Source of the DNA: an uncultured Nitrososphaerales archaeon
Lineage (GTDB): Archaea; Thermoproteota; Nitrososphaeria; Nitrososphaerales; Nitrososphaeraceae
DNA: 64,000 nucleotides
Assembly (NCBI GenBank): GCA_963709405.1
Contig: CAVPXM010000055.1
Span: 224,001-288,000, forward strand
Reading direction: 5' to 3'
The first letter of the stretch is position 1; every line of letters begins with the position of its first letter. This document shows positions 1 through 12,458 of this stretch, in pieces. The notes beneath the pieces are model-generated. The model saw only the letters and a list, made by a program, of their open reading frames with translations, was not told where the DNA came from and made no database searches. The position numbers and the translations under genes were made by a program.

Positions 1-130
1 GGGGATCTTCTCAATGCAGAGTTTGTATCATTCACATATGCTAATTGTTAACTTACAATTTATGGATTCTTCTTTATTATTATCCCATTTAATGGCAAAT
101 ATTTTTTGGTAGGCTCGGGATTTGGAGGAA

Positions 131-328
131 TCATATTTCAATAGAATTCCCGTAGACGCTCTGTAAGCGCTCGTAGATGTCTGCACAGTCAAGAGAATCA
201 AATTCAAGGGATTTGCCGTTGATTTTCCTCTTGAATATTTCCCCCAAATCTAAAATATTCTTGCCACACATTCTACAAGAAACCGTTTGTTCAGGCATAT
301 GTACAGACCCTGACCGTTTTACTGACAT
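131..328 (-). CDS. Small TRASH/YHS-like metal-binding protein
   Basis: CRMC...KINGKSLEFDSLDC pattern resembles the TRASH/YHS Cys motif. Confidence 0.55.
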   Translation of the reverse strand: MSVKRSGSVHMPEQTVSCRMCGKNILDLGEIFKRKINGKSLEFDSLDCADIYERLQSVYGNSIEI

Positions 329-1114
329 TGGGAATTGTCATAAATAATGATACTCAAACTTACATGATTAATTTATTATTAATGGATACGAAGGATTCTT
401 CCAGCCATTTCATACTAAATTGCCAACGGAGATGACTTTTCAACGCAAATTAGTGGTATCGCATGTAAGCCAAGACGCGTCTGTACAAGTTTCGAAGTTT
501 CAATAATTATGGAGAGAAATGATCTGGAATTCAACTTGATCGGTTCGGAATTATGAGCATCAAAGATAATAGGAAAAGATGGCCGTCCGGTGCTACATTT
601 TTGTTGTGGTCTTGCAACGAGCCAAGAAAAGATAAATATTCTGGAATCATGAAAATTTCATGTGGTTTAGAAATGATCATTAAATTTCTGCATTTTGATA
701 TTCTCCTGCGAACACGATTTGCATCTTTTGATAATGCTATTGTTGGTGCACTACAAGCACAAATTTGGTTTGCATCCCAAACTGAAGGATTGAGGTCTGG
801 TGGGAGAAATATACCTGATTAAGCAGATCGTATCACTCAAACATGTATTTGCTTTCACGCCTATGACCAGAGCTATTTATCTCATCTAACATGTCAACAA
901 TAATGAATTGATCCTAAGAACGATATTTATGTCCGGGCGTACCATGTCAGTGAATACTTTCATTCTGCTAGTATTAAAATTACATCTAACGCTTCGACGA
1001 ATGCTTAAGAAGCATTGTTATATCATTAGTAATTACTTTGTAAAGTGAATATGATTATTATGACAAACTAATTTTATGACTACAGCTTTAGCTAAGCAGT
1101 TTATTCATTGTATT

Positions 1115-2195
1115 ATGAGAGATACGTACCTCAAGGATATATCATTGAAGGAAAGAAACGACCTTCATTGGTTGCTTGACCACGATGGAGAATCTGCGTA
1201 TAGAGTGACAAGATAATCCTGCTTAAACATGAGGGATATAACGTACCTGAGATCCGAAGAATAACGAATCATCATGACAATAACATACGTAAATGGATAC
1301 ACAGATTTAATGACTACGGCTTAGATGGTATTATATCTAGGAAACATACACATACTCCTCAAAAGATTACGGATGATATAGAGCAACAGATTGTTGACAT
1401 CGCTTGTACATATCGAAAAAGGTATAATCTAAAATTCTCTACCTGGTCATTACGTGTTCTTGCAGGCTTTATTATGAATGAAATGAAACTAATAGATACG
1501 ATAAGCCATACAGAGATTAGAAGTATACTTTTGAAACATGGTATAGAATGGAGGCATTCAAAGACTGTTCTGATAGGTAAGAGTAGAGATCCAGAGTATG
1601 ATTTAAAAAAAGTGTATAGATGAACTACGAAATAACACTCCTATAGATTCAGTGTTATTATTTCAGGATGAAAAAGGACCGATTGCTGCCAAGACGTATG
1701 GCGGTACTTCTTGGTGTTCTACGCAAGCAAAGATAGAACGTGCGCAAAAGATTAAAGGAATTCTGAACGTGTTTGGTGTTTATGATCACACAAATGATAG
1801 AATGATTACACATTGTTATAAGAACAAGAAAAGTAAACAATTCATGGATTTTATAGAAAGAGTAGAATTACTCTTCTACCATGACTCTAATATTAAAAAT
1901 ATATTCATAGGTACTTGATAACGCATCTATACATAGATCAAAGAAGGTAATAGATAGACTCAAAAGCTATCATCCAAGAATATCATTAGTGTTTCTACCG
2001 GTCAGATCTCCTGAGCTTAATCTGATAGAAGTAAGATGGATGTGGATGCAGAGACAGGCAATTAACAATTCTACATTTACAAAAGAATCAGACATCGGAA
2101 AAGCCGTGAATGATTGGACAGATAATTACAACCAAACTCATAACAAAATGACCAGAAATACTTTACATAATGAACTTATTGCGTTATTTACATAA
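1115..2195 (+). mobile_element. IS630-family transposase, split and partly frameshifted; element ends not resolved
   Basis: HTH half (IRKWIHRFNDYGLDG, FSTWSLRVLA, SRDPEYDLKK) is joined by TTTAAAAAAAG (1602-1612) to a DDE half (LFQDEKGP, VLDNASIH, FLPVRSPELNLIEVRW). Extra frameshifts near 1210 and 1910. Confidence 0.9.
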
Positions 2196-2198
2196 CTC

Positions 2199-3285
2199 TT
2201 AAGGCAATTTGTGTGTGTGATTTCCAACAGGAATGGCTTGCGCTTCTTGACCGGATGTGAGAGTAGCTTCAGGCGCAGATGCAATTGTTTGTCCTGAACG
2301 ATTTTGTACCGGGTTCTGAAAGAATGGCAGTCCGCTACCACCTAGAGAATATGGCATCTGCCCGTTCCATTTGTTAATAGCCTGCCATTGTAAATACTGC
2401 GGGCTTTGTCGTAGCTGCTGTGTGATAATCTTGATTGCTTGCGATTCTCCGCCTGCTTTGGCTACATTTGCCCTAGCTTGTGCCTGAGCCTGTACAACTG
2501 TCTGATTTGCAATGACAGTTATACCTTTGAGGTTATTCTGCTCAGTTAGGTATTTCTGGAATGCGACTACCTTCGACTCGATTTGATTAGCGAATGCTTC
2601 TGAAAACTGGAAGTCAGTGATAAAAACCGTTTCAACTATTAAGTTCCTCGCAGATAGGGTATTCCTGATTGCGTCAGCAATTACTCCTTTAGCAATTTCC
2701 CGTTTTGTAATGAGTTCTTCGGCATCAAATTTTGCAACACTAGCCTTAACTGCTTCCTGAATTGTTGGAGCTATTATCCTGTCTGCATAGTCCGACCCTA
2801 ATTGTTGATATATAACATTTGCATCGCTTGGATTGACGTGATAATTTAATGCTATGACCGTTTGTACCTGTTGTAAATCATTCGATGCTGCTGATGCTTC
2901 TGCTTGGTATTTCAACGTACGTACTTCTAATTGTACCACCTGTTCAGCAAAGGGAACTATAAAGTGAATGCCTTCACCTAAGACTCTTTTCTCTACTGCA
3001 CCTAAATTAAGAACAATGCCCCTATGCCCAGCCTGAACGATGACTACAGATTCGCTCAGAATAATCACGACAAGGATTAACGTGACTACGGCTCGCTAGA
3101 ATTTTAAGTTTGTTCTGTGCTATCTGGTGTAATCCGGTTGAGCGAACAAAATTTGTAGAACTGTAGGGTGATTCTCGAGTCGGAATCCTCATCCTTCTGC
3201 GCTGGTATATTGTGCGCAATACAACTGCACAAATAATCAGTACGATAATAGCAAAAATTGCTGTAGAAGGTTCAATAACTGCCAA
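2199..3285 (-). CDS. Prohibitin/SPFH (band 7) membrane protein, apparent frameshift at ~3094
   Basis: VIVQAGHRGIVLNLG, EGIHFIVPF, SNDLQQV, ITDFQFSEAFANQIESK. The N-terminal TM part lies in the 3022-3285 frame. Confidence 0.9.
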
Positions 3286-3545
3286 ATTATGCTGACTCTG
3301 TACATGTTGTATAAATGACGATTTAAACTCTTGTTTTTAGTCGAAGATCAATTTTCTTGATGTTGTACAGGAATACTACGGTGTTCACGACCAATCCATT
3401 GCATTAAAATATCCATTGACAGGCATAATTCGCTTCAGCATCAATTATTTTCGCTGTTATTTGAACATTCGGATATTCTTACTCAAGTCTGAGATTACGA
3501 ATTCGGTAGATAAATTTACAAAGACGAAGCCGTAGTAGACCTTGC

Positions 3546-4541
3546 ATGCAGAAAGGAATCGTGATCACTCATAGATTTCAGAGCAAGATCCTTAAATCCA
3601 ATCCGCTGGGTGATCCATTTGAACGGGATATTATTGTGTACGTTCCGCCTGGATATAAACGAAGCAATTCAAAAGGCTATATTGCTGCATTTGGGTTGGC
3701 AGGATTTGGAGGACAGGGCAGGACGTTACTAAATGTCGATCCACTAAGCGAGAACATAGAAAACAAGATGAATCGCCTTATTTCATCCAACAAATGCGGT
3801 CCGCTCTTGTTGGTGTTGGTGGATTGCTTTACGAAACTTGGCGGAAATCAATATATCAACTCAACAGCAACTGGTAGATACGAAGACTATATCACTAAAG
3901 AGATAGTTCCATTTATTGATAACGAATATAATATATCATCACGTGCGGTTTGGGGAAAATCGTCTGGTGGGTACGGATCAATTGTACTTGCTATGCGGAA
4001 TCCAACGGTATTTTCTGGATTAGCTGACCACTCTGGTGATGCAGCTTTTGAATATTGTTATCTTCCAGATTTTCCAAAAGCTCTAGATTCATTTAGAAAA
4101 GCAGGTAGCCCTAAAGAGTGGCTGGAAAAATTTTGGAGAAAACAAAATAAACGCCAGCAAGCCGATGGTCCTGCATTGAATGTCTTCGCAATGGCAGCCC
4201 ATTACTCTCCCGATACCAAATCAAAAGATTTTGGAATCGAACTCCCATTTAATTACCACACGGGAGAGATATCCGAAAAGGTTTGGGATCGCTGGCTCTC
4301 ATGGGATCCAGTCAGGCTAATTGACAAATATAGTGTAAACTTAAAAAAACTCAAATGCATCTATATAGATTGTGGACGAGATGATGAGTTTAATTTGCTC
4401 TGGGGTGCAAGAATATTGCATTCGAAACTCGAAAAGATGAAAATTAATCACTATTATGAAGAATTTGATGATGGTCATATGAATACTAGTTACAGGTATG
4501 ATATCTCGTTCCCGAAAATCTACCAGGCATTATGTCAATGA
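3546..4541 (+). CDS. Alpha/beta-hydrolase esterase (Fes/enterochelin esterase-like)
   Basis: VYVPPGY, nucleophile elbow WGKSSGG, YIDCGRDD, EEFDDGH. Confidence 0.85.
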   Translation: MQKGIVITHRFQSKILKSNPLGDPFERDIIVYVPPGYKRSNSKGYIAAFGLAGFGGQGRTLLNVDPLSENIENKMNRLISSNKCGPLLLVLVDCFTKLGGNQYINSTATGRYEDYITKEIVPFIDNEYNISSRAVWGKSSGGYGSIVLAMRNPTVFSGLADHSGDAAFEYCYLPDFPKALDSFRKAGSPKEWLEKFWRKQNKRQQADGPALNVFAMAAHYSPDTKSKDFGIELPFNYHTGEISEKVWDRWLSWDPVRLIDKYSVNLKKLKCIYIDCGRDDEFNLLWGARILHSKLEKMKINHYYEEFDDGHMNTSYRYDISFPKIYQALCQ

Positions 4542-4655
4542 ATGAGAATTAGCGTGAACTAACTGAACATGCTCGTGCAACGAATCGTTGCAATGGATTA
4601 TTCTTACAATAACCAAAACATAGTAATAATATAATTTTTATAAGTTCGGTAAAGT

Positions 4656-5099
4656 ATGACTGAGATCCATAATAAGCCTAGGATTAATAAACGTGGTTCG
4701 GCTGTTAATTTCACTGAAACGGAAGTAAACTTTCTGTTAAGCAATGAGGCTTGTAGAGTAGCGACATCTAGGAATGATACGCCTCATGTCACGCCGGTTT
4801 CCTACGTTTATGAAGACGGAAAATTAGTTTTTGCCACAGATTATAACACTAGGAAGTACAGAAGTATTCGCAAAAATAAGAAAGTAGCACTTGTAGTGGA
4901 TGTTTACGATTCATCAACAAGTAATAGAGCTGTCGTCATAGAAGGAATCGCAATCATAGTGGAGAGAGGATACGAATTCGTTAGATGGTACAATAAATTT
5001 TATCAAAAATTTGAGTGGGTAAGGCGGGAACCATGGAGGGAAGGCGAGGCGCCATTTGTGATAGTAACACCCACACACAAGGTAAGCTGGGGAATATAG
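4656..5099 (+). CDS. Pyridoxamine 5'-phosphate oxidase-like (FMN/F420-binding split barrel) protein
   Basis: CRVATSRNDTPHVTPV...TRKYRSIRKNKKVALVVD. Confidence 0.85.
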   Translation: MTEIHNKPRINKRGSAVNFTETEVNFLLSNEACRVATSRNDTPHVTPVSYVYEDGKLVFATDYNTRKYRSIRKNKKVALVVDVYDSSTSNRAVVIEGIAIIVERGYEFVRWYNKFYQKFEWVRREPWREGEAPFVIVTPTHKVSWGI

Positions 5100-5432
5100 G
5101 AAGCTCAAAATAATTGGAATTCTAGCTAAATTTGGATAGTTTGGTGTAACATCTGTGTTGAGTAGTAATACGTTCTGTTTACTAAGCTACTAAAAGGACT
5201 CCCAACCATTCTAACTCATGGATAGAACATCCAAGTCTTATATCCTTTCGCAACTTTACCGGTTTGGTCATACCGTGATGGACATCCCATCATGCCGTGC
5301 ATTAGCTCAATATCGATCCATATCACCTGAGAATCATGACAAAACTAATGTGAAAATTCCATTAGTACGACAGCAGACTTCTGCTTTATCATTTGGAACA
5401 GAAATAAGAGGTGAGTATGAAAATCAAAAAAA

Positions 5433-5846
5433 ATGAAGATTGAGGATACCAATTCTCCTAAACGACAGAATATTATGATTGTGGACGACGAAGATGATAT
5501 TAACCTCTTATTTGCGATGGTGTTGTGCAGTGAGGGATACAATGTTGATGCATTCACCGATCCAGTTGCTGCCATAATGAAATTTGAAAGGGGTAGCTAC
5601 GACTTACTAATTATTGATATATTATTACCAAAAATGGATGGCTTTGAACTGTATGAAAGGATCAAACGCTTAGATAAGAACGTGAAAGTATGCTTTCTAA
5701 CAGCGGGAGAAATCAATTACGATCAGTTTAAAAAAGCTGCATCATTCCCGGAGATAATAACAGAAGATTGCTTCATAAAGATCCCTGTTGAGAATAAAAC
5801 TCTTGTGCGAAAGGTAAAGAATATCCTCTCTTTTAATCTAAATTAA
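5433..5846 (+). CDS. Stand-alone response regulator receiver protein
   Basis: IMIVDDEDD, LLIIDILLPKMDGFEL, CFLTA, FIKIP. Confidence 0.92.
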   Translation: MKIEDTNSPKRQNIMIVDDEDDINLLFAMVLCSEGYNVDAFTDPVAAIMKFERGSYDLLIIDILLPKMDGFELYERIKRLDKNVKVCFLTAGEINYDQFKKAASFPEIITEDCFIKIPVENKTLVRKVKNILSFNLN

Positions 5847-5982
5847 GTAGAAACATATAGTTACGTCGAAGCAGGGTCTAAATCTGTAATCCTTTGCTGC
5901 TTCTTATATATTCTCTATTCGTACCTGTTCTGTATGGCTCTTTGATTCATAAACAAGCCCGACAAACTCACAGGCGGTTAAC

Positions 5983-6411
5983 CTAGTCGAGTTCCGAAAT
6001 TATTTTTTCAATCAGATCATTTGCTCCAACGGGTTTTCTTATGAAGCATCCGAGACTAATCTTTGGGTATATTTCTCGTACAGCATCTTGGTTCATCTCG
6101 CCACCAGACATGAAGCAGACTCTAACGTTCGCATCCAATTCTATTAGTTTCTCACACAACTGAAATCCATTCATCAATGGCATATTGATATCGATCAATG
6201 CCAAGTCATAAAATTGCGCCTTAAAGGTTGAAAGAGCTTCGATAGGATCGGCGTACGAAAATACTTCGAATCTGGTGTAATATCCTTCTAGTATTGATTT
6301 AAGTGTAAAAACGATATCTCGGTCGTCGTCTACGATAAGGATTCTCTTTAACAATTCTGATCCTGATTGCAGACTAGACAAGTCGGATTTAGTAAAACTT
6401 TTGACTTCCAT
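5983..6411 (-). CDS. Stand-alone response regulator receiver protein (start uncertain; ORF open to 6711)
   Basis: ILIVDDDRD, ALIDINMPLMNGFQL, CFMSG, FIRKP. Confidence 0.9.
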   Translation of the reverse strand: MEVKSFTKSDLSSLQSGSELLKRILIVDDDRDIVFTLKSILEGYYTRFEVFSYADPIEALSTFKAQFYDLALIDINMPLMNGFQLCEKLIELDANVRVCFMSGGEMNQDAVREIYPKISLGCFIRKPVGANDLIEKIISELD

Positions 6412-7115
6412 AGCATGATCAGAATTAGATTTAGTTGTTCCCCTGTCAAGAAGCGATTCGTAAGAGTCATTTAATTTATAATCCGAATAATCCTTTTTGG
6501 TTCGACTGGTCCCAGACATGACTCTGGAATAACCAATAAACTCGTCTAGCAAACCAGTACGGTTAGCGCACAGGGTGACCAAACCATCTGTTTTGATAAT
6601 TTCTGAATTCTTAGGCGTAGGCAAAGTTTGAATTAGCCCAGGCTGGGCACATGTTAATGCCATCGCATGCCATCCTAGGATAGGTGGCAGAGATACGATG
6701 TCAATTAGCAAGAGATTTCCCAGCCATTACGATCAATAATGATACACCCTTGATGATATTTAATCATTAATATATTTAGCAGCTTAGTAATATGTAATAA
6801 AATTACAACTAAAGACCACATTTTAAATCTAATGGTCGTCGAGCATAAAACAAATCTTCATTCACGATCATATGGATTCAACCATGGCCATAATCATGCT
6901 CGAGTTAAATTTGCCGAGCAGGTCACCTTCTTCATAGTTTACAATTCCTCTCCAGCCGGCCTAGTATCATAATATCCTTTCCCGTTAAAGCTGCCAAATT
7001 TGCTTCACTCTTCAAGCTCCTCCGCCAGGAGGATTTTTAGATTCCTTTAAATTTTCCTCGCTTCGTAGTTTTAGTAGGATCAAGCCAATAAACTAACAGA
7101 AATACGACTTTCTAA

Positions 7116-7643
7116 TCAGAGTAGACCATCTTCATGTAATTTGTTTAGTAATGGAACCAGGGATTCCACCACTTCCTTTTCTCCCAAAATCACCTCATTT
7201 TTGATACCCAAGAGTATAGAAAGCATATTTCTATCCTCTCTTGCGGTATATACTAAACTACCCACGATTCCTAAAGCATTGCTATTCTGCAGTAGCCAAT
7301 TCTTCCAGTTGCCTGCAGCTCTGATATTTGTGTCCAACGAATCAACAACATCATCTATCGCCATCCCATCCTGGTTGTCAAGTAGGTTAAGCTTGAGCAT
7401 AGGAAGCATCAGGTTCCCACCTTGAACCTTACGATGTCTTTTATTCATCAATTCAATAGCCCTATTTTCATCTAATTCTTCTTCCAGATGCATATTGTCC
7501 TCGTTTCCATTTTCGTAATACCGGTCCAGCTTCCCATAGTTAGGAAAGAAATAGCCAGCAAGACGCTTAGCCGAGTCATAGACCTTGTAAACAGAGTCTT
7601 CATATTCTAGACTCCAATCAAGCTTTTTACCCCGACGGAACAA
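7116..7643 (-). CDS. Hypothetical protein
   Basis: 175-aa ORF with protein-like composition and an AT-rich TATA-like stretch upstream. Confidence 0.7.
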   Translation of the reverse strand: MFRRGKKLDWSLEYEDSVYKVYDSAKRLAGYFFPNYGKLDRYYENGNEDNMHLEEELDENRAIELMNKRHRKVQGGNLMLPMLKLNLLDNQDGMAIDDVVDSLDTNIRAAGNWKNWLLQNSNALGIVGSLVYTAREDRNMLSILLGIKNEVILGEKEVVESLVPLLNKLHEDGLL

Positions 7644-8182
7644 TACATCGATGTTAGGTTATTATAAGTATTTTAGCCTACTGACAAGTTATTTTCCAAA
7701 TGAATCGATATTCTAAGACTCTTCGTACTCTGAAATCCCAAAGAGAAACTGTTTGTCAGGGAGATACGAAAATAGCTGAAATGATTATTCTCCCTTGAAA
7801 CGTTCTGACTCCGAGAGCCCTCCAAGTCTATCTCCCTATCCCCCAGCACACATATCTCTAGCGTTTTTTGATATGACTGACCGTCGAACCAAAATTTGAC
7901 CAAACAAACATCACCCGAATAAGATTTAAGTGGCCAGATCTTAATATGACGCGAATTGAAGTGTCCCATAGTTAGGACCAATACAATATTCATTAGACTT
8001 CTATTGAGCTCGAACTCTGCATCCATTTGAAATCTTAATAGCATCTCTATCTAATTCAATGCCTCTAAATTTGCTCCTACGCTAGAGCACTTGAAAGTTT
8101 GATATCAGTATTTGATATTGGTTGCTATAATACAATACTGCGCGAAGAGCGAAGCTTAAAGAAATTAATGTGCGAGAAGTTG

Positions 8183-8437
8183 TTATTTTTCAGACTGATG
8201 TTCTAAGGTAGTGGAATTTGCATCATCTCTTAATCCACTTTCGTAAGTCTCTCCTAGTGATGTACTGCATGCTTTGTTAGTCTCGCACACGGTTTTCTGG
8301 CATGGCTGATTGTTTGCACAGTTTATACTAACTGTTTTTGATTTCACTTGATAGTCATGCATGACGTAAGGAATCAATGCTAATGCGAAAGCCATTGACA
8401 ATCCAACGAAAGCTATTATCCTATTGCGCTCTTGCAT
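8183..8437 (-). CDS. Small membrane-anchored/secreted Cys-containing protein
   Basis: N-terminal hydrophobic helix followed by CANNQPCQKTVCETNKAC. Confidence 0.6.
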   Translation of the reverse strand: MQERNRIIAFVGLSMAFALALIPYVMHDYQVKSKTVSINCANNQPCQKTVCETNKACSTSLGETYESGLRDDANSTTLEHQSEK

Positions 8438-8882
8438 CTTTTTGTTCGTCTACAAGTCAAAAACATAGTTTATTAGATTTAAGTAACTCCTTACCATAGG
8501 TTAAGCAAAGATGATAGTTAAACGCAAATCCAATTGAGGAATCTTAGTTAGCTTTTTTTAAAATGAAACGGAGAATTCTGGAATTTCATATTCTACTAAG
8601 CTCGATAAGTCATCTTCGACTTATGTTAATAGGTTATAACAGATAGCATAGGTTTGGATCTGAATATTTAGGATGGTTTGACATACTCAATCTATAATTC
8701 CACCTTAATATTGTGAATCGCAACATTCAGTCTTGATAAGGGAACTTCGGTCTTGATAGACTTAGTATTCTTTTGTATCAACTGATTTATTTTAGGACCG
8801 TACCCGTGTGGTTAAGTCAAGCCTGACTAAGATTGATATGATGTTATCAAAAATATATCTACAGGAAATGATTTAGTCACCA

Positions 8883-9110
8883 GTGAGAGACTGGAACAAT
8901 GTTATCCATAAGAATGTACGAACCAAGGACATGAAACCTGTCGGTAATATAACGGCAGTAGATGATAGATATCTAATTATTAACACTCAAGGATGTCTCG
9001 ACAATAACTTGCTACCTAAAACAAATGTTCAGGAATACAATGGTGGCGAGGTCATCCTAGGTTTCGTTTGTGCGGAATTGCCGATTTATAGATATACCAG
9101 TCATGGATGA
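8883..9110 (+). CDS. Small PRC-barrel-like protein
   Basis: WNNVIHKNVRTKDMKPVGNITAVDD...LLPKTNVQEYNG pattern. Confidence 0.55.
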   Translation: MRDWNNVIHKNVRTKDMKPVGNITAVDDRYLIINTQGCLDNNLLPKTNVQEYNGGEVILGFVCAELPIYRYTSHG

Positions 9111-10104
9111 CATACCAGCTGGACTATATTCTTACACAAGAATCTAGTCAAATAATGATTTGCAACCATCTCCCTATTGATATAGATTGAACTTCGTGTT
9201 AAATACTAAACTATTAGTATCCACAGCGACTCTTCTCCAGATATTGAGGTAAATAGCATTGCAAACGAAAGGCCTAATTTACAAAGTCAAATATTTAAAT
9301 CAAAGATTTAATCCCAAATGAGAGCAAAATCATTACTAGTACTTGCGAGAAATAAACTGATGAAGAGTACAACAGAGATAAGCATAGAGTATATTAATTG
9401 GGAGAAAGTAATTCGTTACCATAGTTTGGTAGACTGCGTTATCTAACTGAAACTGATATTTGTTGGGATCTCAATCCGCTGCAAAAAGACCTAAGGAAAA
9501 GAGTAAGTGGATTTCAGTGGTGAACTCGTCTTAATACTGCAATTCATCGTTCTTTCATATCCAACTGAGAGTGAAAACTAATTCGATTATGCTTATCTTG
9601 ACTAGGTGATAAGTGATTTGATGGAATCTCCGCTATCTTGTTCGTCGAGCTGAGCCTGCATGTTGTATTAGATATCATATAAATTCAGTATCTCTAGATT
9701 TTCATTTATCATTAGCGGAAGTAACCATCCTTCAGATGCCAGGTAATATCTGGTCTAGGGGCGTACATATGTATCCTATTTGTGACATTAGGATAGCCAT
9801 TCAAATGTGTTAACTATTTTTCAGTTTATACAATAGGTAGATGAATAGCAGCTTCCGATCGTGTTCTCATCGAGTAGGAAATCATTACGGTTCTAATAAG
9901 ATCCTCTTCCAAATTCAAATAGAGATCCTTTGAATTCCAATGAGTCCTTCAAAGCGACCTGCGTTTTGACAAGAAATGCATAATTTGTATATCTATAGAG
10001 CACGGGTCATATAAGAATAATGTCATAGTGCGTCTCATATATCTACTAGATATGTCAAGCAGTAATTTAGTCAATTTTTGAAGGTTTGCAAAACTGGCAA
10101 TAAA

Positions 10105-10824
10105 TTACAGGAACAGGTTAACTGTATATGGCTGCACCTGGGTTTGATTTGAGCGATTCGCTGTATTATTAGTGAATGCCTGTGACATAGGCTGCGCTGG
10201 TGACGTTGAGCCGACTATTCCCTTTTGGCAAGAAAAAGTATCTCCCAGATTGTCAGAGTGGACCACAATCTTTATGCATGCTGTGTACTCATCCCCAGGA
10301 TGTACAACGCCTTGTGGAAAAGTGACTGGTACATGAATAATGCCGTCACCGTCATCCTGCGGATCAAGCAGAGCTATCGGATCGATGTTGTAAGCCACAG
10401 TTTGATTCTTTACTGTGACCCATACCTGAGCCATCTTGTCGGAATAATCTATTCCTCGTATTCTCAAATTTATGGTAAATGTGTTTTGATCGCCTGGGCT
10501 AGCCATGGTTGTGGCCTGACGTGATGATTCAGCCAGAGGTGTAGATGGTGCGACCTGTGTTATTGCTCTTGAAATGTCTCGTTTTTCAACAACCGCATGT
10601 GCAAACTGATCTTGATTGGACCGTACTTGATTTGTGTTGAGAACTAGTACGCCGGCCAATAGTATCGTCACCATAGATAATGCCATTACACAAGTCTTTT
10701 TTGCTATTTTTTCTACATCCACATTCCTGTACGTCAAGGATAGCTCTTCGTCATGCTCGTCATATTTATGTAGATCGACAGAATCTTCGAGATAAATGTA
10801 ATTATAGTTTAGAGAATCTAACAT
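10105..10824 (-). CDS. Membrane-anchored extracellular hypothetical protein
   Basis: TM segment VMALSMVTILLAGVLVL followed by a beta-rich domain with a Cys pair. Confidence 0.7.
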   Translation of the reverse strand: MLDSLNYNYIYLEDSVDLHKYDEHDEELSLTYRNVDVEKIAKKTCVMALSMVTILLAGVLVLNTNQVRSNQDQFAHAVVEKRDISRAITQVAPSTPLAESSRQATTMASPGDQNTFTINLRIRGIDYSDKMAQVWVTVKNQTVAYNIDPIALLDPQDDGDGIIHVPVTFPQGVVHPGDEYTACIKIVVHSDNLGDTFSCQKGIVGSTSPAQPMSQAFTNNTANRSNQTQVQPYTVNLFL

Positions 10825-11144
10825 CGAAGAATGGTTTACCGCAGCAAAAAATCAAACATAGTTTAAATTCGCGGTCGGTTCTCATTAATAGAAGACGCGC
10901 CTTTGCTTAATATCGTGTTGGAATACTTACAAGAACGGGCTTGATCTCATATATCAGTTAAAACCCATGCTAGGCGTATTTATCCCTTGGACTAAATAGT
11001 CATGTCAGAAAGCACCTACAACTGAGGTTGTACTACGTTCCTACCTTTCTGCATTTGAACTAGAAGGCTTAAAAGCGGTATACGTTCATGCTTGACATAA
11101 TAATGAGAACTTATTGCATTATACCAAATAATTCTATAGTCTAC

Positions 11145-12183
11145 ATGTGGAAAGCTATCATATTTCGCTTGTCCATTCTTAGCAAATCGAGATATCTGAA
11201 TTCGATAGTACTGATTGGTATACTCATTGCCTTCACTGTCAGCACACATTTTTCAATAGAGTTATCTGTGTATGCGCAGTCACCTACAACGACATTACCT
11301 GGGGGGACATCATGGGTAACCGGCAAGGCAAATCCAGTTCCTAAGATGGAGTCTGCTTATACTGCCGTAGGAGACAAGATCTATATAATCGCTGGATATG
11401 GAGAAACTGGAAAAAGAAATAAGAACACTGTAGAAGTATATGATACGAAGACTGATACATGGTCAAACGCCTCTCCACTGCCAGTAAATCTTAATCATGC
11501 TGCAGCAGATGCTTACAACAATAAAATCTACGTAGTCGGGGGATTTCTAGATAACAAGATACCGTCAAACAAATTGTTTGTTTACGACCCTTCACAAGAT
11601 AAGTGGCTTGAGGGTAAAGCTATGCCTACAGCTAGGGCGAGCGTTAACTGCTCAATTCATTGATGGTATTCTTTATGCCGTAGGAGGAACCTCTGGCAAG
11701 CCCTTGAGCACAAATGAAGCTTATGATCCCATAAATGATATTTGGACAGAAAAGGCTCCGATGCCTACTGCAAGGCAACATCTTGCTTCGTCGTTAGTAG
11801 ACGGGAAATTGTATGCTATCGGAGGCAGACCTACAGGCAAATCTTCAAATTTAAACAACAATGAAGTATATGATCCCAAGACGAATTCTTGGGCTGAATT
11901 GGCTGCCATGTCGACAAAACGTGGGGGCATAGCCGCTTCAACAGTTAATGGGAATATCTATGTTTTTGGTGGTGAAGGCCCAGATAGCACGTTTAACAAC
12001 AATGAGAAGTACAATCCACAGGCAAACAAATGGACTGAAGAACCTCCAATGCCTACGGCACGTCATGGCCTAGCAGCTGTCGCTATGGGAAACAACATCT
12101 ACGTTATTGGAGGCGGCCCGACACCGGATATATCATTCGCAGATGTAAATGAGATATTTCATGTGAATGCAAACGGATCATAA
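11145..12183 (+). CDS. Secreted Kelch-repeat beta-propeller protein, apparent frameshift at ~11639
   Basis: About six Kelch repeats (IYVVGG...VYDP...W...MPTAR) across two overlapping ORFs, with an N-terminal signal/TM segment. Confidence 0.92.
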
Positions 12184-12458
12184 TCGACATCGGACCAGGA
12201 ATTTGTTATCCACTCTTTTTTTGACTGGCTCCAAGAGAATGACTATTTATTAGGCATAATAAGGTACGAGGCGCCCACTTGTGTATCTTTATCTAGTGAT
12301 AGTAGTCAATCGGCATTCTGGGCGGGATTTTCGATTCTCTTTACTAGTACATCCTATTACCAGTCCATTTCTCATATATTATCACAAAAGTATTTTTTCG
12401 AGGCCTAAAAATAGTCATATATATTAGATCTCTTGGGTAATTAGCAGTTATGATCTTT

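Noticed and set aside
1075-1110. Left TIR of the IS630 element
   Set aside because: Only weak similarity to the reverse complement of 2166-2194; boundary not assignable.
7018-7038. TCCTCC-GCCA-GGAGGA-TTTTT bacterial-style terminator
   Set aside because: No + strand gene ends upstream of it, and archaeal termination does not require such hairpins.
553-8044. Short ORF-track entries such as 553-822, 5218-5436 and 7673-8044, plus antisense ORFs over known genes throughout the window
   Set aside because: No recognisable motifs, or shadows of real genes on the opposite strand.
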